Source: Felis catus (lineage: Eukaryota). From it: a stretch of 64,000 bases of DNA. The position numbers and the translations under genes are program-made. The notes beneath the pieces were generated by a model. That model worked only from the letters and a program-made list of their open reading frames with translations, made no database searches and was not told the DNA's origin. How positions within the stretch are numbered: the first letter of the stretch is position 1; every line of letters starts with the position of its first letter. Location: assembly GCF_018350175.1 (NCBI RefSeq), contig NC_058383.1, positions 27,468,001-27,532,000 of the forward strand, read 5' to 3'. Positions 36,698 through 48,315 of the stretch are shown here, one piece after another.

Positions 36698-36727
36698 GTT
36701 CGTGAATTTTCACGAAGTTTCCTGAAG
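36698..36727. promoter_or_regulatory. Perfect six-unit heat shock element-like array
   Basis: gTTCg tGAAt tTTCa cGAAg tTTCc tGAAg: six contiguous alternating nTTCn/nGAAn pentamers. Confidence 0.55.
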
Positions 36728-36784
36728 CTGTGTGGGTGGGCCCCTGCTACAGGAGAAAGGGAAAGAGGTGAATTCTTGGTGGTG

Positions 36785-36950
36785 GTACTTCAGAGACCAA
36801 GGTTCCCAGCCTGGCTCCACCAGTATGTAGCAATGACTATGCAGCTCGCACGATCTCCCTGTGCCTCAGTTTCCTCACCCATAAAATAACAGCACCAGCC
36901 AGAGAGCAATAGTGCCTACCTCTTCAAGTGGGTTGTAAAATTTAAATGAG
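36785..36950 (+). mobile_element. MIR SINE
   Basis: cctggctccacc...tctccctgtgcctcagtttcctcacccataaaat...gtgcctacctc...ggttgtaaaatttaaatgag. Confidence 0.85.
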
Positions 36951-37559
36951 ACCGGTGACTACGACCCTACAACTTCTTGTGAGTTCAAAAACTATTTCAA
37001 AATTAAAAGTTAAAAAAAATTACATTAGCAGCAGTCAAATAAGATCTATTTCGTTGTTTTTTACGAGATACGATGGAAAGCAGATGCCTGACTTTTCCAG
37101 TAGCTTCGATCACAGAGTCAGAACAGGATGGGCCACAGGAGAGATGGAAAGAAAACCAGCCACCTTAGGTTATCACCAAAGAGGGACCGACTTTTGCAGC
37201 CACCAAAGCGGCCGGGACACCAAAGTCAGCCTGGTGCTGCCATAAAGGAGGGACAGTTGAGTGTGAACAGCTCTGTGGGTCTCCCCTGGGATGCAGCACA
37301 GGGTCATGCTGGAGGGGCCGGGGGCGCAATTCGGAATGGGATCAGAAGAGGGAGCGGGGAGGAGAGGCATCAGATTTTATGTAAGCTCGGAGGCCAGTGT
37401 GTGAATCTCCCTCTAACCCCCGACCAGGCCGTGCGCACCTCCAGTCCCTGCTGACCGCCTTCCCTACAGGCCTGCCTCTCTAAGGGGCTGGTTTTAGACA
37501 GGGATCCTGAGGGGTGAACCTCGGTAGAGGTGGGGACAAGGGCAAGGCTGAGAACGGTG

Positions 37560-37785
37560 CGTGTGTGCCTGGCATGGGTTCTGAGCCCCTTAGGTCTGCT
37601 GACTCTTTCAATCCTCACGACCCAGCCTCTAAGGGAGGCACAGCAACAGTTACCCCTCTCTAAAAGTAAGGCAACTGAGGCTCAGAGAGGCAAAACAAAT
37701 GGCCCAAGGCCACACAGCTTACAGCTGAGACTGTTGAGTTTACTCTGCTTGGGCCCAAACCTCTTTTCTTCTTTGCATACAAGTG
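37560..37785 (-). mobile_element. MIR SINE
   Basis: tttcaatcctcacgacc...aaggcaactgaggctcagagagg...gcccaaggccacacagct. Confidence 0.8.
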
Positions 37786-38944
37786 CTGGCGAGGCAGAGG
37801 GACCACCATGAGGTCAAGCCTGCATAGAAACCTTAATGGTTATCTCTCTGCTTCTTAGTCTTTTTTTTTTCTTTTTTGGTCCTGCTCCCCCCCCCACCCC
37901 AACTATTTTGTACATTCCTTAAAAGAAAAGAGAGTGCCATGGTATGCGGTGGAGAGTACAATTAAATAAAAATGCAATATAATAATATTAGTGTAATTAT
38001 ATTACTCTATATGTTAATATTATAATGTAAAAGTAGGTTTAAGGATACTTTGAAAGTAAGTAGACATAATCGGGAAAACAGGCATCACCAAAAACTAGAA
38101 GAGAAAATAACAACAAAGCTACCACTGATAGAATAATCTAAAAATGTCAATAGAGTGGATCAGGGGCTGCCTGCCAGGGGTGTGGGCTGAGGGGAGGGTA
38201 TGTGAGTTCACAGTATCATACTGGCGTCAATGTTCTGGGAGAAGGGGAATCTCACCGCTAACTCTTTGTCACCCCAGGCATACAAACTAGGTTGGGGGGG
38301 GCCAAGCCATATCCCATAAGCACTGGTTGAAAATTAAAGCAGCAGCAACAACAGAAGCCAAAAGCAACGTTAGGTCCACCCACAAAAAAAGTTACTGAAA
38401 AACAGTATTGACTTTTCAAAAATGAAAAAAAATAATAGCAACCCAGCCTTTTTGCCAACGTTCATAAAAATTCCAATGTGCGTGGAGACTGAGAGGAGTT
38501 TCAATTTATAAATGAGACGTTAAAAGGCAGACAGGGCCCCCGAAGCTCGCTCACACCACGATGTGGCATTGCGGTGGAGGGAAGGAAAACTGTCTGCCTG
38601 ATCACGGTGCATTTCTAATTGAAGAGTTTGAGGATGCAAATGAAAATGAATCAACGCCAACAGGGATGCCTAAAAGACATAAGTGAGAATTACGGCAATT
38701 AAGAATGTTGTCTCAAAGGAAATTAGACTGGTCCATTAATTACAATGCCTTAAAGGGAAAGAGGTCCCAGTGAAATGCAATAAATTAAAATATCAAAAAG
38801 GAAATTAGTAAGAAGAGAAGGTGGAACTGCCAACAAGAAGCTAATTTCAGAGGTGGCGATGGGGGACAGAGAAGGAAGAAAAAATAGTGTGAATACAGAC
38901 AATGCATAGCCAGTCTGCTGGGGATCAATCCTCTTACGCCTTGC

Positions 38945-39165
38945 TCTCCTTCTTCCTCCGTTCGTTCCCCCCTCCCTTCCTTCCTTCCTCTCCCTCCCTC
39001 CCCCACTTCCTTCCTTCTCTCCTCCCTTCCTTCTCTCTTCCCCTCCATAATGCCCCACCCCTCCTTCTCTATTACCTCCTTCCCTCTTTTCCTGCCATCC
39101 TTCTCTCCTTCTGACTCTCCCTCCTTACTCCCTTTGCTCTCTCCTTCCTGCCTTCCCTGCCCTCA
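38945..39165. repeat. Polypyrimidine low-complexity tract
   Basis: about 220 bp almost purely C/T. Confidence 0.9.
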
Positions 39166-39810
39166 TTCCCATGGGTCTTCCAAGTGCTACCTCAGAAGGA
39201 GCAGTGACAAACTAGGGGCCATCACCATCCCCCGGGGTAGAAAATGAGCATCCACCTAAGGATGACTTCACAGGCCTGTGGCTGTGGGGCCTCCTCGCCT
39301 CCCCTACCTTTGCCCTTTGGATCAGCTGCCATGCCCATTAAAGTGAGCACTCACCAGGCTGTCCCAGGTGACCATGTTCCTGATCCAATGACACACTAAT
39401 GTCCTTAAGTTCTCAAATTACTCATATTTCCTTGTCTCTTCAGTTTGGTAAGGAAAAGCTTGAGCTTCTCTTTTGGGTATTGGTGCTAATTGATACGGAT
39501 GTTTCGGATGTTGATTCAGCCTCTCTGGGCATGGTGTCCCCTCTTATGCTGGGCATGCTCACTCTAATCCCACACTGTGCCTATCATCTGGACCTTCCTT
39601 TCCACTTGCCAGAAGCCCCCTTTGCCTCAGGCGGCAAGTGTGAGTCCTAGTAACGTCCAAATTCCCCAATCCCTACCTAGATCCCTATAAAACACTCGTC
39701 GCCCCATGACAGGGACAGGTGCTTTCTATAATGAAAATCATTCATGCTTTTGTTCTCAATACATATCACCCGCATGATTTACTTGCTATGTCTCTTAAAA
39801 ATTGCATTAT

Positions 39811-40025
39811 TTTTTTTTCAACGTTTATTTATTTTTTGGGGGGACAGAGAGAGACAGAGCATGAACGGGGGAGGGGCAGAGAGAGAGGGAGACACAGAAT
39901 CGGAAACAGGCTCCAGGCTCCGAGCCATCAGCCCAGAGCCTGACGCGGGGCTGGAACTCACGGACCACGAGATCGTGACCTGGCTGAAGTCGGACGCTTA
40001 ACCGACTGCGCCACCCAGGCGCCCC
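39811..40025 (-). mobile_element. Very young SINEC_Fc-type SINE
   Basis: CpG-rich near-consensus body; TSD aaaaattgcattattttt starting at 39797 and 40026. Confidence 0.97.
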
Positions 40026-40212
40026 AAAAATTGCATTATTTTTAAATACTTTAGCCTCATCTGAAGCAGTAATATCTGAAATTGGGGCTTTGCTATCCTA
40101 GTTTTATGTACGTTTCTTGTACATATTAACATTAATGCACAAGTACACAAATTAAAATGTCCACCCAGGTGCCTCCTAAATGGGCTTGCCTCTCTTTGGG
40201 AAATACTCCACA

Positions 40213-40397
40213 GGGAGAAAGCATGGACTTTAGATTTATTACAATCTGATGTGGCTTCACCACTTGCTGTGGGAACTGGGGCAAATGTATTAATTCCCAG
40301 AGCCTCAGTTTTTCCATCTGCACAGTGGCTGCAACTGTATCTGTTCTTCCGAAGGGTTGCTTTGAAGACCCAATACATGTATTAGGACACATGCTTG
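40213..40397 (+). mobile_element. MIR SINE
   Basis: agcatggactttaga...ggggcaaatgtattaattcccagagcctcagtttttccatctg. Confidence 0.75.
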
Positions 40398-41360
40398 TTT
40401 CCTTTTTCCATGATGGCCAACCCTGTGTGCTCAACTCTTGACGAGCCCTGGATACATTTTAACACATTTTTAATTGTGATTACTGATCAGATGTCTATCG
40501 TCATACATGTTCACGTAAATGTTGGTGTAAAAAGAGGTGAGGGCATCTGACTTTCTTCCAAAGCAGAACATAAGCTCCTTGATAAATGCACAATATTTCG
40601 TAATTTCTTAGCATCACCACGATGCGTGCCTGATGCCAAGCATGTGGTGGTGTCCCACCAATACCTGCTGACCTGCTGTTGACTGATCTCTCATCCGGGC
40701 CAGAAACCTGAGCATTGCCAAGGTGGGACTCTGCTGGAGGCGTGGCGGTGAGGCTGGTCGGCTCACCTGTTCCACGGAACAGTCCTGGCTTTAAGACAGG
40801 GCCATCAGTAGGTCCCCGGCTCTCTCTCAGGCTTGCCAACCCATCCACCATTTCCCATCTGCGTTTCTATTTTTCCTGTGAGAGTAGCTTTATTGATCTC
40901 ATTAATTCTCTTTTCCATCTTTGGCATGGCAAGGTGATATTATCCATGCTTTAACGCCTCCTGTGTTTTGCAAATTACAGGATTATTATGGATAGAATGA
41001 CAAGAAACACCATTTTCACCAAATCGAGTCCCAGAGGCCATGAACTGTCCTTCATTTAAATGGCAGGGGGTAATCTGTCCTGGGGGTCTGCTCACCCAGG
41101 CCTGAGGGCTGAAAACACAGACGCAGAATTTCATCTCAGCCAAGATATTTCCATGTGAAGCAAAGCAAAGATTCCTTCACTTGACTGTTTTTATTTTTGA
41201 ATTCCTGAAGGCAGCTACAGATTGCCTAATAAGGGGATTTTTTTTTCTTTTGCAGCAATTACATTTGACTATGTTTTCTTCTTTTGATTGGAAATTAGTT
41301 TGAGGAAGTCTTAAAAGGAATTATCTGAGGGATGCTGGAACTCAGGATTTAGAGTTCAAT

Positions 41361-41366
<6 letters not shown>

Positions 41367-41417
<51 letters not shown>
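41367..41417. repeat. (TA)25 microsatellite
   Basis: direct read. Confidence 0.95.
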
Positions 41418-41420
<3 letters not shown>

Positions 41421-41721
41421 AAACCTCTCTGATGCTCTGCTGTAAAGAGCTCTCTTATGCAAGTTCTTGTAGTTCGATAACTAATTAAAATCACAGCCAC
41501 CACCAACAGAAAAGTTTCCCCTGATCTTATCTGATACTTAGAACTCTTTGCAAGAGAAAAATAAAGAAAAGGAAAATAAATGGCCTCTCCGGAGACTTGA
41601 ATCCCCCAGAATAGGGCTTCTGCATCTATAAGGGTGTCCCAAGCACTCAGGGTATCTGGGACAGAGTAGGCACCTAATAAATAGTGACTATGGAACAGAA
41701 TGAATCAACACTTTTGTCCTT

Positions 41722-42835
41722 TAAAAATTTATTTTTCTAGTATAATAATGCACACACCCAAAGGAACACACATCGTGAGGGTACAATCAGACAAATTTTT
41801 AAATCCACTGTTATAACTAGGACCCAGATTAAAAAAAAAAAAAAAAAAGGACAATACTATAACCCCAGCATTCTCCCTCCTGTCACTCTCCAGTTGTTGT
41901 TACCCCTCACATATAACCACCCTACTGACTCCAACAGCACAGACTAATTTTGCCTTCTTTGAACTTCGTATCAATGGGATCATACAGCGTGTCTTTTTTG
42001 TGACTGTCTTCTTTTGTACAATGTTACGGTTCTGAAATCCATTGACACTGATGCATGTAGCTGAAAGCTGTTTGTTCTAATTGCTATATACTATCCTATC
42101 ATACGTGCTGTGCTCTGAATGTCTGTGGACTATCCCTCTCCCCTCCATATGCTGAAGCTCTAATCCTCATTGGCAGTAGGACTTGGGAGAAGTAATTACA
42201 GTTACAGTAGGTAATGAGGGCGGGGCCTTCAAGAGGGGATTAATGTCTTATAAAAAGAGGAAGAGACAGGAGATTTCTCTCCCCCCGCCCTCTCTCTCTT
42301 TCATGCTTGCACAAGGAAAGGCCATGTGAAAACATAAGAAGACAGCCATCTGTAAACCAAGCAGAGGGCCCTTACTAGACACTAAATCTACTGACACCTT
42401 GATCTTGGACTTCTCAGCCTCCAGAACTGTGGGAGAGAAATGCCTTTTGTTTAAATCGCCCAATTTATGGTAATTTGTTCTAAGAGCCCAAATGGACTGA
42501 GACAACGGATATATGTCACAAATGATTCATCCATCATACTGTTGGTGGTCATTTGACAGCTTCCAGTGTAGAGTTATCATGAAATGTGCTGCTTCAGATC
42601 ATCTCATACTTGTGTTTTTCTGTTGTAAGAATGGAAATGCTGGATGGTAAGGTGTGTATGTTTTCAGCCTTGGAAGAAGCTGTTAACCTTTTTTTCAAAG
42701 TGTCTGTACCAATCAACACTCCCAGCAATAGCGTGCGTGAGTCCTGGTTGCTCCGTATCTCTGCCGATGCTAGATGTGGTCAGCCTTTTTAATTTTAGCC
42801 ATTCAGGTGGATGTATAGTGGGATCTCACTGTGTA
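41722..42835 (-). mobile_element. L1ME-like 3' portion split by an MLT1A LTR
   Basis: aatgggatcatacagcgtgtc...ttctaattgct; resumes with cattcatccatc-like sequence...ggaaatgctggatgg...ctcccagcaatagc...ttttaattttagccattc. Confidence 0.8.
42106..42504 (+). mobile_element. MLT1A-like MaLR solo LTR
   Basis: tgctgtgctctgaatgt...ggggattaatgtcttataaaaga...caccttgatcttggacttctcagcctccagaactgtg...ggactgagaca. Confidence 0.88.
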
Positions 42836-42865
42836 AATGTGTGTGTAGGTGTGTATGTGTGTTCC

Positions 42866-43603
42866 TTTTTATTTTGAGATAATGAAAGATTCACATGCAG
42901 GGATAAGAAAGACACAAAGAGATCCCATATGCCCTTCACTCAGTTTTCTCCAATCATAACATCTTGCATAACGATAGGGCAATACCACAACTAGGAAACT
43001 GACATTAATACAACCCACCACCCTTTGTCAGATGTCACTGGTTTCATGTGCACGCATTTGTGTGTGTGTGTTTCCCACCTGAGTAGACCCAGTGACCACC
43101 ACCAGTCAGGAAACAGTCTTATCAGAAGAACCTCTCCTGCTACCTTTTATATCCACTGCTCCCTCCTGCTCCTCTCTGCACCAGTGATCGGGTCTCCATC
43201 CCTATTGTTTCATTTCAAGAGTGCTCTATACTTGGAATCATACAGTATGTAACATTTCTTTTGACTCAGCATAATTCTCTTGAGATCCATCCAAGCTATT
43301 ACACGTATCAGAGCCATCCGTTTTATTTTATTTTATTTTAGTTTTAGTTTTTTTTCAACATTTTTTTAATTTATTTTTGGGACAGAGAGAGACAGAGCAT
43401 GAACGGGGGAGGGGCAGAGAGAGAGGGAGACACAGAATCGGAAACAAGCTCCAGGCTCCGAGCCATCAGCCCAGAGCCCGACGCGGGGCTCAAACTCACA
43501 GACCGCGAGATCGTGACCTGGCTGAAGTCGGACGCTTAACCGACTGCGCCACCCAGATGCCCCAGAGCCATCCGTTTTAACTGTTGAGTAGCATTCCACG
43601 AAT
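42866..43603 (-). mobile_element. L1MC-like 3'UTR interrupted by a young SINEC
   Basis: tttattttgagataat...agagatcccatatgcccttcactcag...ggaatcatacagtatgtaac...ctcagcataattctcttgagatccatcca. Confidence 0.85.
43326..43563 (-). mobile_element. Very young SINEC_Fc-type SINE
   Basis: near-identical to the 39811 copy; perfect TSD agagccatccgtttta at 43310-43325 and 43564-43579. Confidence 0.97.
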
Positions 43604-43711
43604 GAGCTTTGAAAAGAGAATAAGCCCCCATTCTCAAACACTCATTTATAGCGGTTTGATTTCTTTCTTACTCGAGGGATGATAAAATAGATTTTCACGT
43701 GTCCTTTCAGT

Positions 43712-44130
43712 GGTTCAGTAATGCAACCAACATTTATTAAGTACCAAGTGCATGCAAAGTATTGTGCTAGATCCTGGGCATAAAGGTGACATAAGAGGGC
43801 TCTGTCTTATAGGGATGTTCCTAGAGTCTACACTGGGAGACAGACTTACAAATTTAAGAAGACTCTATAGCATCACAGATGCCAAGACAGTTATATATAC
43901 ATTTCAGTCAGGAATAAAGAAGAAAATGTCTGGCTTTTTGAGGACAGAGTATGGAAGTTGAGTCCAAGAGATACTTTGGAGGGGCAGGTGCATAAGCCAG
44001 TCTTGGAAGATGAATGGGGTTGCCTGATGGTTGTGAATAAGAAAGGAAGCAGGAGAAAGAGCTTTCAGAGCAGAAAGAACAGCTTGGGAGAAGCAACTCA
44101 GTGCAGAACCAAGTGGGTAGGGCCATGGAA
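43712..44130 (-). mobile_element. L2 LINE fragment
   Basis: caaccaaacatttattaagtacc...gtattgtgctagatcctggg...tcttggaagatgaatgggg...tttcagagcagaaagaacagc. Confidence 0.75.
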
Positions 44131-44384
44131 GAGATAGAGTTCGGGAATAGCGCCATCTTTCAGGAGCATGTGTTCTTATGGCAGATGCAGTCACAAGCTG
44201 CAATGCAGATGCCATCAGCAGAATCCTACTAAAATACTCCAAGTCTTGTGGACTCCAGCCACCCTGACTTTGCAGTTCCCCAAGGGCCCCTGCATTAGAC
44301 ATGGCCAAGGACAATCACTTGAGGCACACACATTTTACACCTGTCTCAGGAATGTTTACCTCCCAGTTGTGCCTAACAACATGG

Positions 44385-44385
<1 letters not shown>

Positions 44386-44419
<34 letters not shown>

Positions 44420-44449
44420 CCATCCATCCATCCATCCATCCATCCATCC
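44386..44449. repeat. Compound (CA)n(CATC)n microsatellite
   Basis: direct read. Confidence 0.95.
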
Positions 44450-44519
44450 TTTTTGATGTTCAGCGTAAGCTTCCTTCTTGCCCTTGGGTCTGAAATGGGT
44501 ATGAAGGTATTTCTCTAAG

Positions 44520-44745
44520 TAATAATAATAATAATATCATCAGTATTTGTGTCTCCTCTGTGCTTCCATATAGCCCCTCCTCACAACAGCACCCAATGCT
44601 AAGGCAGACACTACTATTGCACCCAACTGTTAGACAAGGAAACTAAGACACATTGAGATTAAGTGACTTGCCAAGGTTACAGAGCTTACAAGCAGAGGGT
44701 CCAGGTTTTAATTGCATGATGAGTCTCCAGAGCCCATGCACTAGT
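44520..44745 (-). mobile_element. MIR SINE
   Basis: cctcacaacagc...gacaaggaaactaagacac...gattaagtgacttgccaaggttacagagct. Confidence 0.8.
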
Positions 44746-45538
44746 GTTTGGCAGACTCAGAGAGAGGAGGAGGGTGGGAGCTTTTCGTGAGACCTGAGAG
44801 GTCTCTAGAACACTGGTTTCAGCCAAGGTGTAGGCAACCCACATGATAGGAGGTCCAGAGGTCATGTTCCTACTGCAACAAGGCAAACTCAGTCCTCCTT
44901 TTACGAGGTTAATAGAGTGAAATCAGGGTTCCCAACAGTCTCTTTGGCATCTAAACCCACACACTCAAACCAAGCCTTATGCTATCATGACAGTTTTCAT
45001 CCATCAACAGTCCCTAATTGAATCACCTAAATAGAGTCCCATTATTTGGTATACAGAGGTGAGGCAAAACCAAAACCAAGGGGCATTTTCTCTGGTGATG
45101 ATGCTCCCTTACATTTCTGGATACTGGCACATGAGCACATACTGTTCTCCCTACCTGGATTGTTCTATGTCCTCTTCTTTGTCCTCAACCGGTTACACCC
45201 TGACCTCTTTAGGATTGCAGCCCAAGGGTCAATGCCCCAGGGTATCTATCCTTGATTCCCCCACACCAGTTAAAGCTTCTGGGTACAAGTTTGCAGAGTA
45301 CCTTGTAGTTTTCACTCTGAGTTCTTTAACAGTTTGTCATTATATATTTATGTGATTATTCACTTAGTAAACATCATCTCTACTAAAATTTAAGAATAAC
45401 AGAATTGAAACAATATCTATTTTTTGCTTAGCATTTTATATTCATGGTGCAATACCTAATACATAGTAGGTATTCAATAAGTGCTCACTGAGTAGATGAA
45501 TGAATGAGCATATGGACTAATAAAACCTGAGGGAGTGA

Positions 45539-45727
45539 GGGGTGCCTGGGTAGCCAGTCCGTTAAGCATCCAACTGGATCTTGGCTCAGATCGTGGTCTC
45601 ACAGTTCGTGGTGGGTTCTGTACTAACAGTGCAGAGACTGCTTGGCAATCTCTCTCACTCTCTCTTTCTGCCCTTACCCCGCTCATGTTCTCTCTCTCTC
45701 TCTCTCTCAAAATAAATAAGCTTTTTA
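45539..45727 (+). mobile_element. SINEC (internally deleted) inserted in an L2 (TGAA)n tail
   Basis: ggggtgcctgggtagccagtccgttaagc...; TSD aaaacctgagggagtga/aaaacttgagggaatga. Confidence 0.9.
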
Positions 45728-46739
45728 AAAACTTGAGGGAATGAATGAATGAATGAATGAATGAACCAAAGCTTCAACAAAAAAGATTCAGTGTCCTGTA
45801 ACAACATCAATTCTCTGCAGTATCTTGGCTACTGGTGATGCTGTAGCCTTCTTGGACACCCAAGGCACAATCATTCCAGTGAACTCATGAGGCTCCCAGG
45901 CTTCTGCAAGCCCAGCCAAGCCCAACTCAGCTTGCCTGGCAAGTCTGCATTTCAGTTCTTTGATTCCCATCATCATCCACTACAAATGGAAGTTGTTGAT
46001 TTTCTTTAATTAAGGCTGGAAAGATGGCTTCCTGAGTGGGTAATATATTTCCAGAGTTCAGCATTTCATCTGCATGGCCTACATTTCACTCAGAAATGGG
46101 ACAGATTCATGAAAAGAATGGCCAGACGGCTTCCTCTTTGGTTGCTTGTTTGCCTACATATAATGAATGAATAAATAACATGCCTATTCATTACCAACTT
46201 TTGAGTGGAAATAATTGCTGAGCTCCCTCGTTTGCTTGGAATAATGTTCTTTGCATTTGGAGCGCCTTCTGCCTCGGTCACTGCAGTATTTCCCAATCAG
46301 TGGGCCAGAGGCATCCTCCAGGGGCTGATATTCACCTCTGGCTCACCTTGGAGAGAAGCAATCATTCTTCTGGTCCTCCAGGGTCTCATTCAGTGCGCTG
46401 AGAATGCTCATTTGTGGAAGGAGACCCTGGGACCCTAAGAAGTAAATGAGACTGGTAGGCCCATTAATTCCCTGAGTACACCCTAGGGGCACCTGGGGCA
46501 TTATAGTGTAATTACTACTAAGAAAGTCTAAATGCCTATGTACTTTGCCAAAAAGCATTTTACAGACAAGGAAGTACTCAGTTGTGCCCTGTCTGTGAAC
46601 ATGTGCTGAACTCTGGCCACAGGAAGCCTGGAGGGCCACCATGGTGACTCTTGGTTGGTAAAAGGAACAAGTGACCCTGGAGACTTTCTTATTCATCTCT
46701 CTATCATGAACACATGCTGGGCATATATTAAAGATTACT

Positions 46740-47110
46740 GGATCCCTCATCTCCATCCTGGATAGGTACAATTGCTGCCCAAAAGGTCTCCCAACCTCTT
46801 TCATCACCTTAGCCAGTTACATTCATTCCATGGTTGCACAGCGGTCTTTTGAGAACAAATAGCATCATAACACTCCCGTGCCAAGAATCCAAGGATTTCC
46901 CATTGAGTAGAGGACTCAGTACAAAGTCTTTTGCATGACCCACAGGGCCTTCCATGGGCAATCTGTCCTTTGCCCACTTCTGCTTCATTTCTACCTATGC
47001 TTTGTCCCATGCAATCATCTGCCTGCCACATGAAACTACATGCAGTTCCCTGAATACGTTACATGTTCCCCACCTCTGGGCTTCTGCCTACACATTTTTC
47101 CCACCTCTTC
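46740..47110 (+). mobile_element. L2 LINE fragment
   Basis: tcatctccatcctggatagg...aggtctccc...gatttcccattg...cacagggccttccatg...ctctgggcttctgcc. Confidence 0.65.
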
Positions 47111-47322
47111 CCTGTGACCACTGTACATTCTTTGAGATGCTAAATCAGAGAATACCAATGCAAATCCCTAGAGAGAACAGCCAAGTTATGTAACTTTATG
47201 ATGGGGGCCAAAAATGATGTAATAGGAAATAGTGGGCTGGAGTGCACGCCCTCTCCAAAAAGAGCAGCCACCACTCAGCAACATTGCCACAAGAGGATGT
47301 GAACCCAGATCCATTATTTTTA

Positions 47323-47488
47323 TTTTTTTATTGGGGGGAGGGGCGGAGAGGGAGAGAGAGAATCCCAAGCAGTCTCCACACTGTCAGCACAGACTTTGAC
47401 ATGGGGTTTGATCTCATGAACCTTGAGATCATGACCTGAGCTGAAATCAAGGGTCAGACACTCAACCCACTAAGCCATCCAGGCGCCC
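47323..47488 (-). mobile_element. SINEC (older copy)
   Basis: gagaatcccaagcag...gagatcatgacctgagctgaaatcaag...gccatccaggcgccc. Confidence 0.9.
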
Positions 47489-47506
47489 TGAGATCCACTA
47501 CTTTTA

Positions 47507-47725
47507 TTTAAAAAAAATTTTTTTTAACATTTATTCATTTTTGAGAGACAGAGACAGAGCATGAGTGGGGAAGGGGCAGAGAGAGAGGGAGACAAGGATC
47601 CGAAGCATGCTCCAGGCTCCGAGCTGTCAGCACAGAGCCCGAAAGGGGGCTTGAACTCACGGACTGTGAGATCATGACCTGAGGCAAAGTCGGACGCTCA
47701 ACCGACTGAGCCATCCAGGCACCCC
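47507..47725 (-). mobile_element. SINEC (younger copy)
   Basis: full body; identical TSD agatccactactttta at 47491-47506 and 47727-47742. Confidence 0.95.
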
Positions 47726-48196
47726 TAGATCCACTACTTTTAAAGAGAAGTTGGAAATCTGGATTTTTATTTGAAATCTTCCAATTTTTAAATGTGGTAA
47801 ACACATTCTTTTTAATTTACTTTTTTAAATGTTGGGGCCAACCCAAGTGGGTCTGGGCTCTTAGGGCAGTTGACAGCTACTAATTCTTGACTCCTACCCA
47901 AAATGGCCTCTTCCTTGTCCTGGAAAGGTTGGTAACATGACACCTTCTCAGTGAAGTCAGTCCTCCTTTGTGTGTGCATTACAGTCTGTAGCTGGACTGA
48001 GAGCTTCAGGGACCAATCTTTGTGTCTCCGTAAGTTTAGCACAGAACGTGGCACATAGTGAATACTCAGTAAATGTGGGGTGGAAAAACACATACAAGCA
48101 GTTGAATGGACAAATGAATAAAGACAGAATTTTCTTCCATCTGTAAGCTTATGAACACACCCATGTCAGAAAGAATGAGTGATGTTGTCAGAGCTC

Positions 48197-48315
48197 TTTT
48201 TTTTTTTAAGTGTATTTACTTATTTTGAGAGAGAGACAGAAAAAGAGAGTGAGAGAGTGACCATAATTGGAGGAGGGGCAGAGAGAGAGGGAGAAAGAGA
48301 ATCCCAACTAGGCTC
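48197..48315 (-). mobile_element. 5'-truncated SINEC
   Basis: T tail, ttattttgagagagagac...ggaggggcagagagagagggagaaagagaatccca. Confidence 0.8.

Larger units (their letters stand above)
47145..47880 (+). mobile_element. MER102-like hAT-Charlie element split by two SINECs
   Basis: ctggagtgcacgccc...gcagccaccactcagc...ttgccac; resumes with agagaagttggaaatctggatttttatttgaaatcttccaatttttaaatgt. Confidence 0.7.

Noticed and set aside
38845..38860. CTCF-like cagaggtggcga
   Set aside because: The 5' half of the core mismatches; much weaker than the 10195 site
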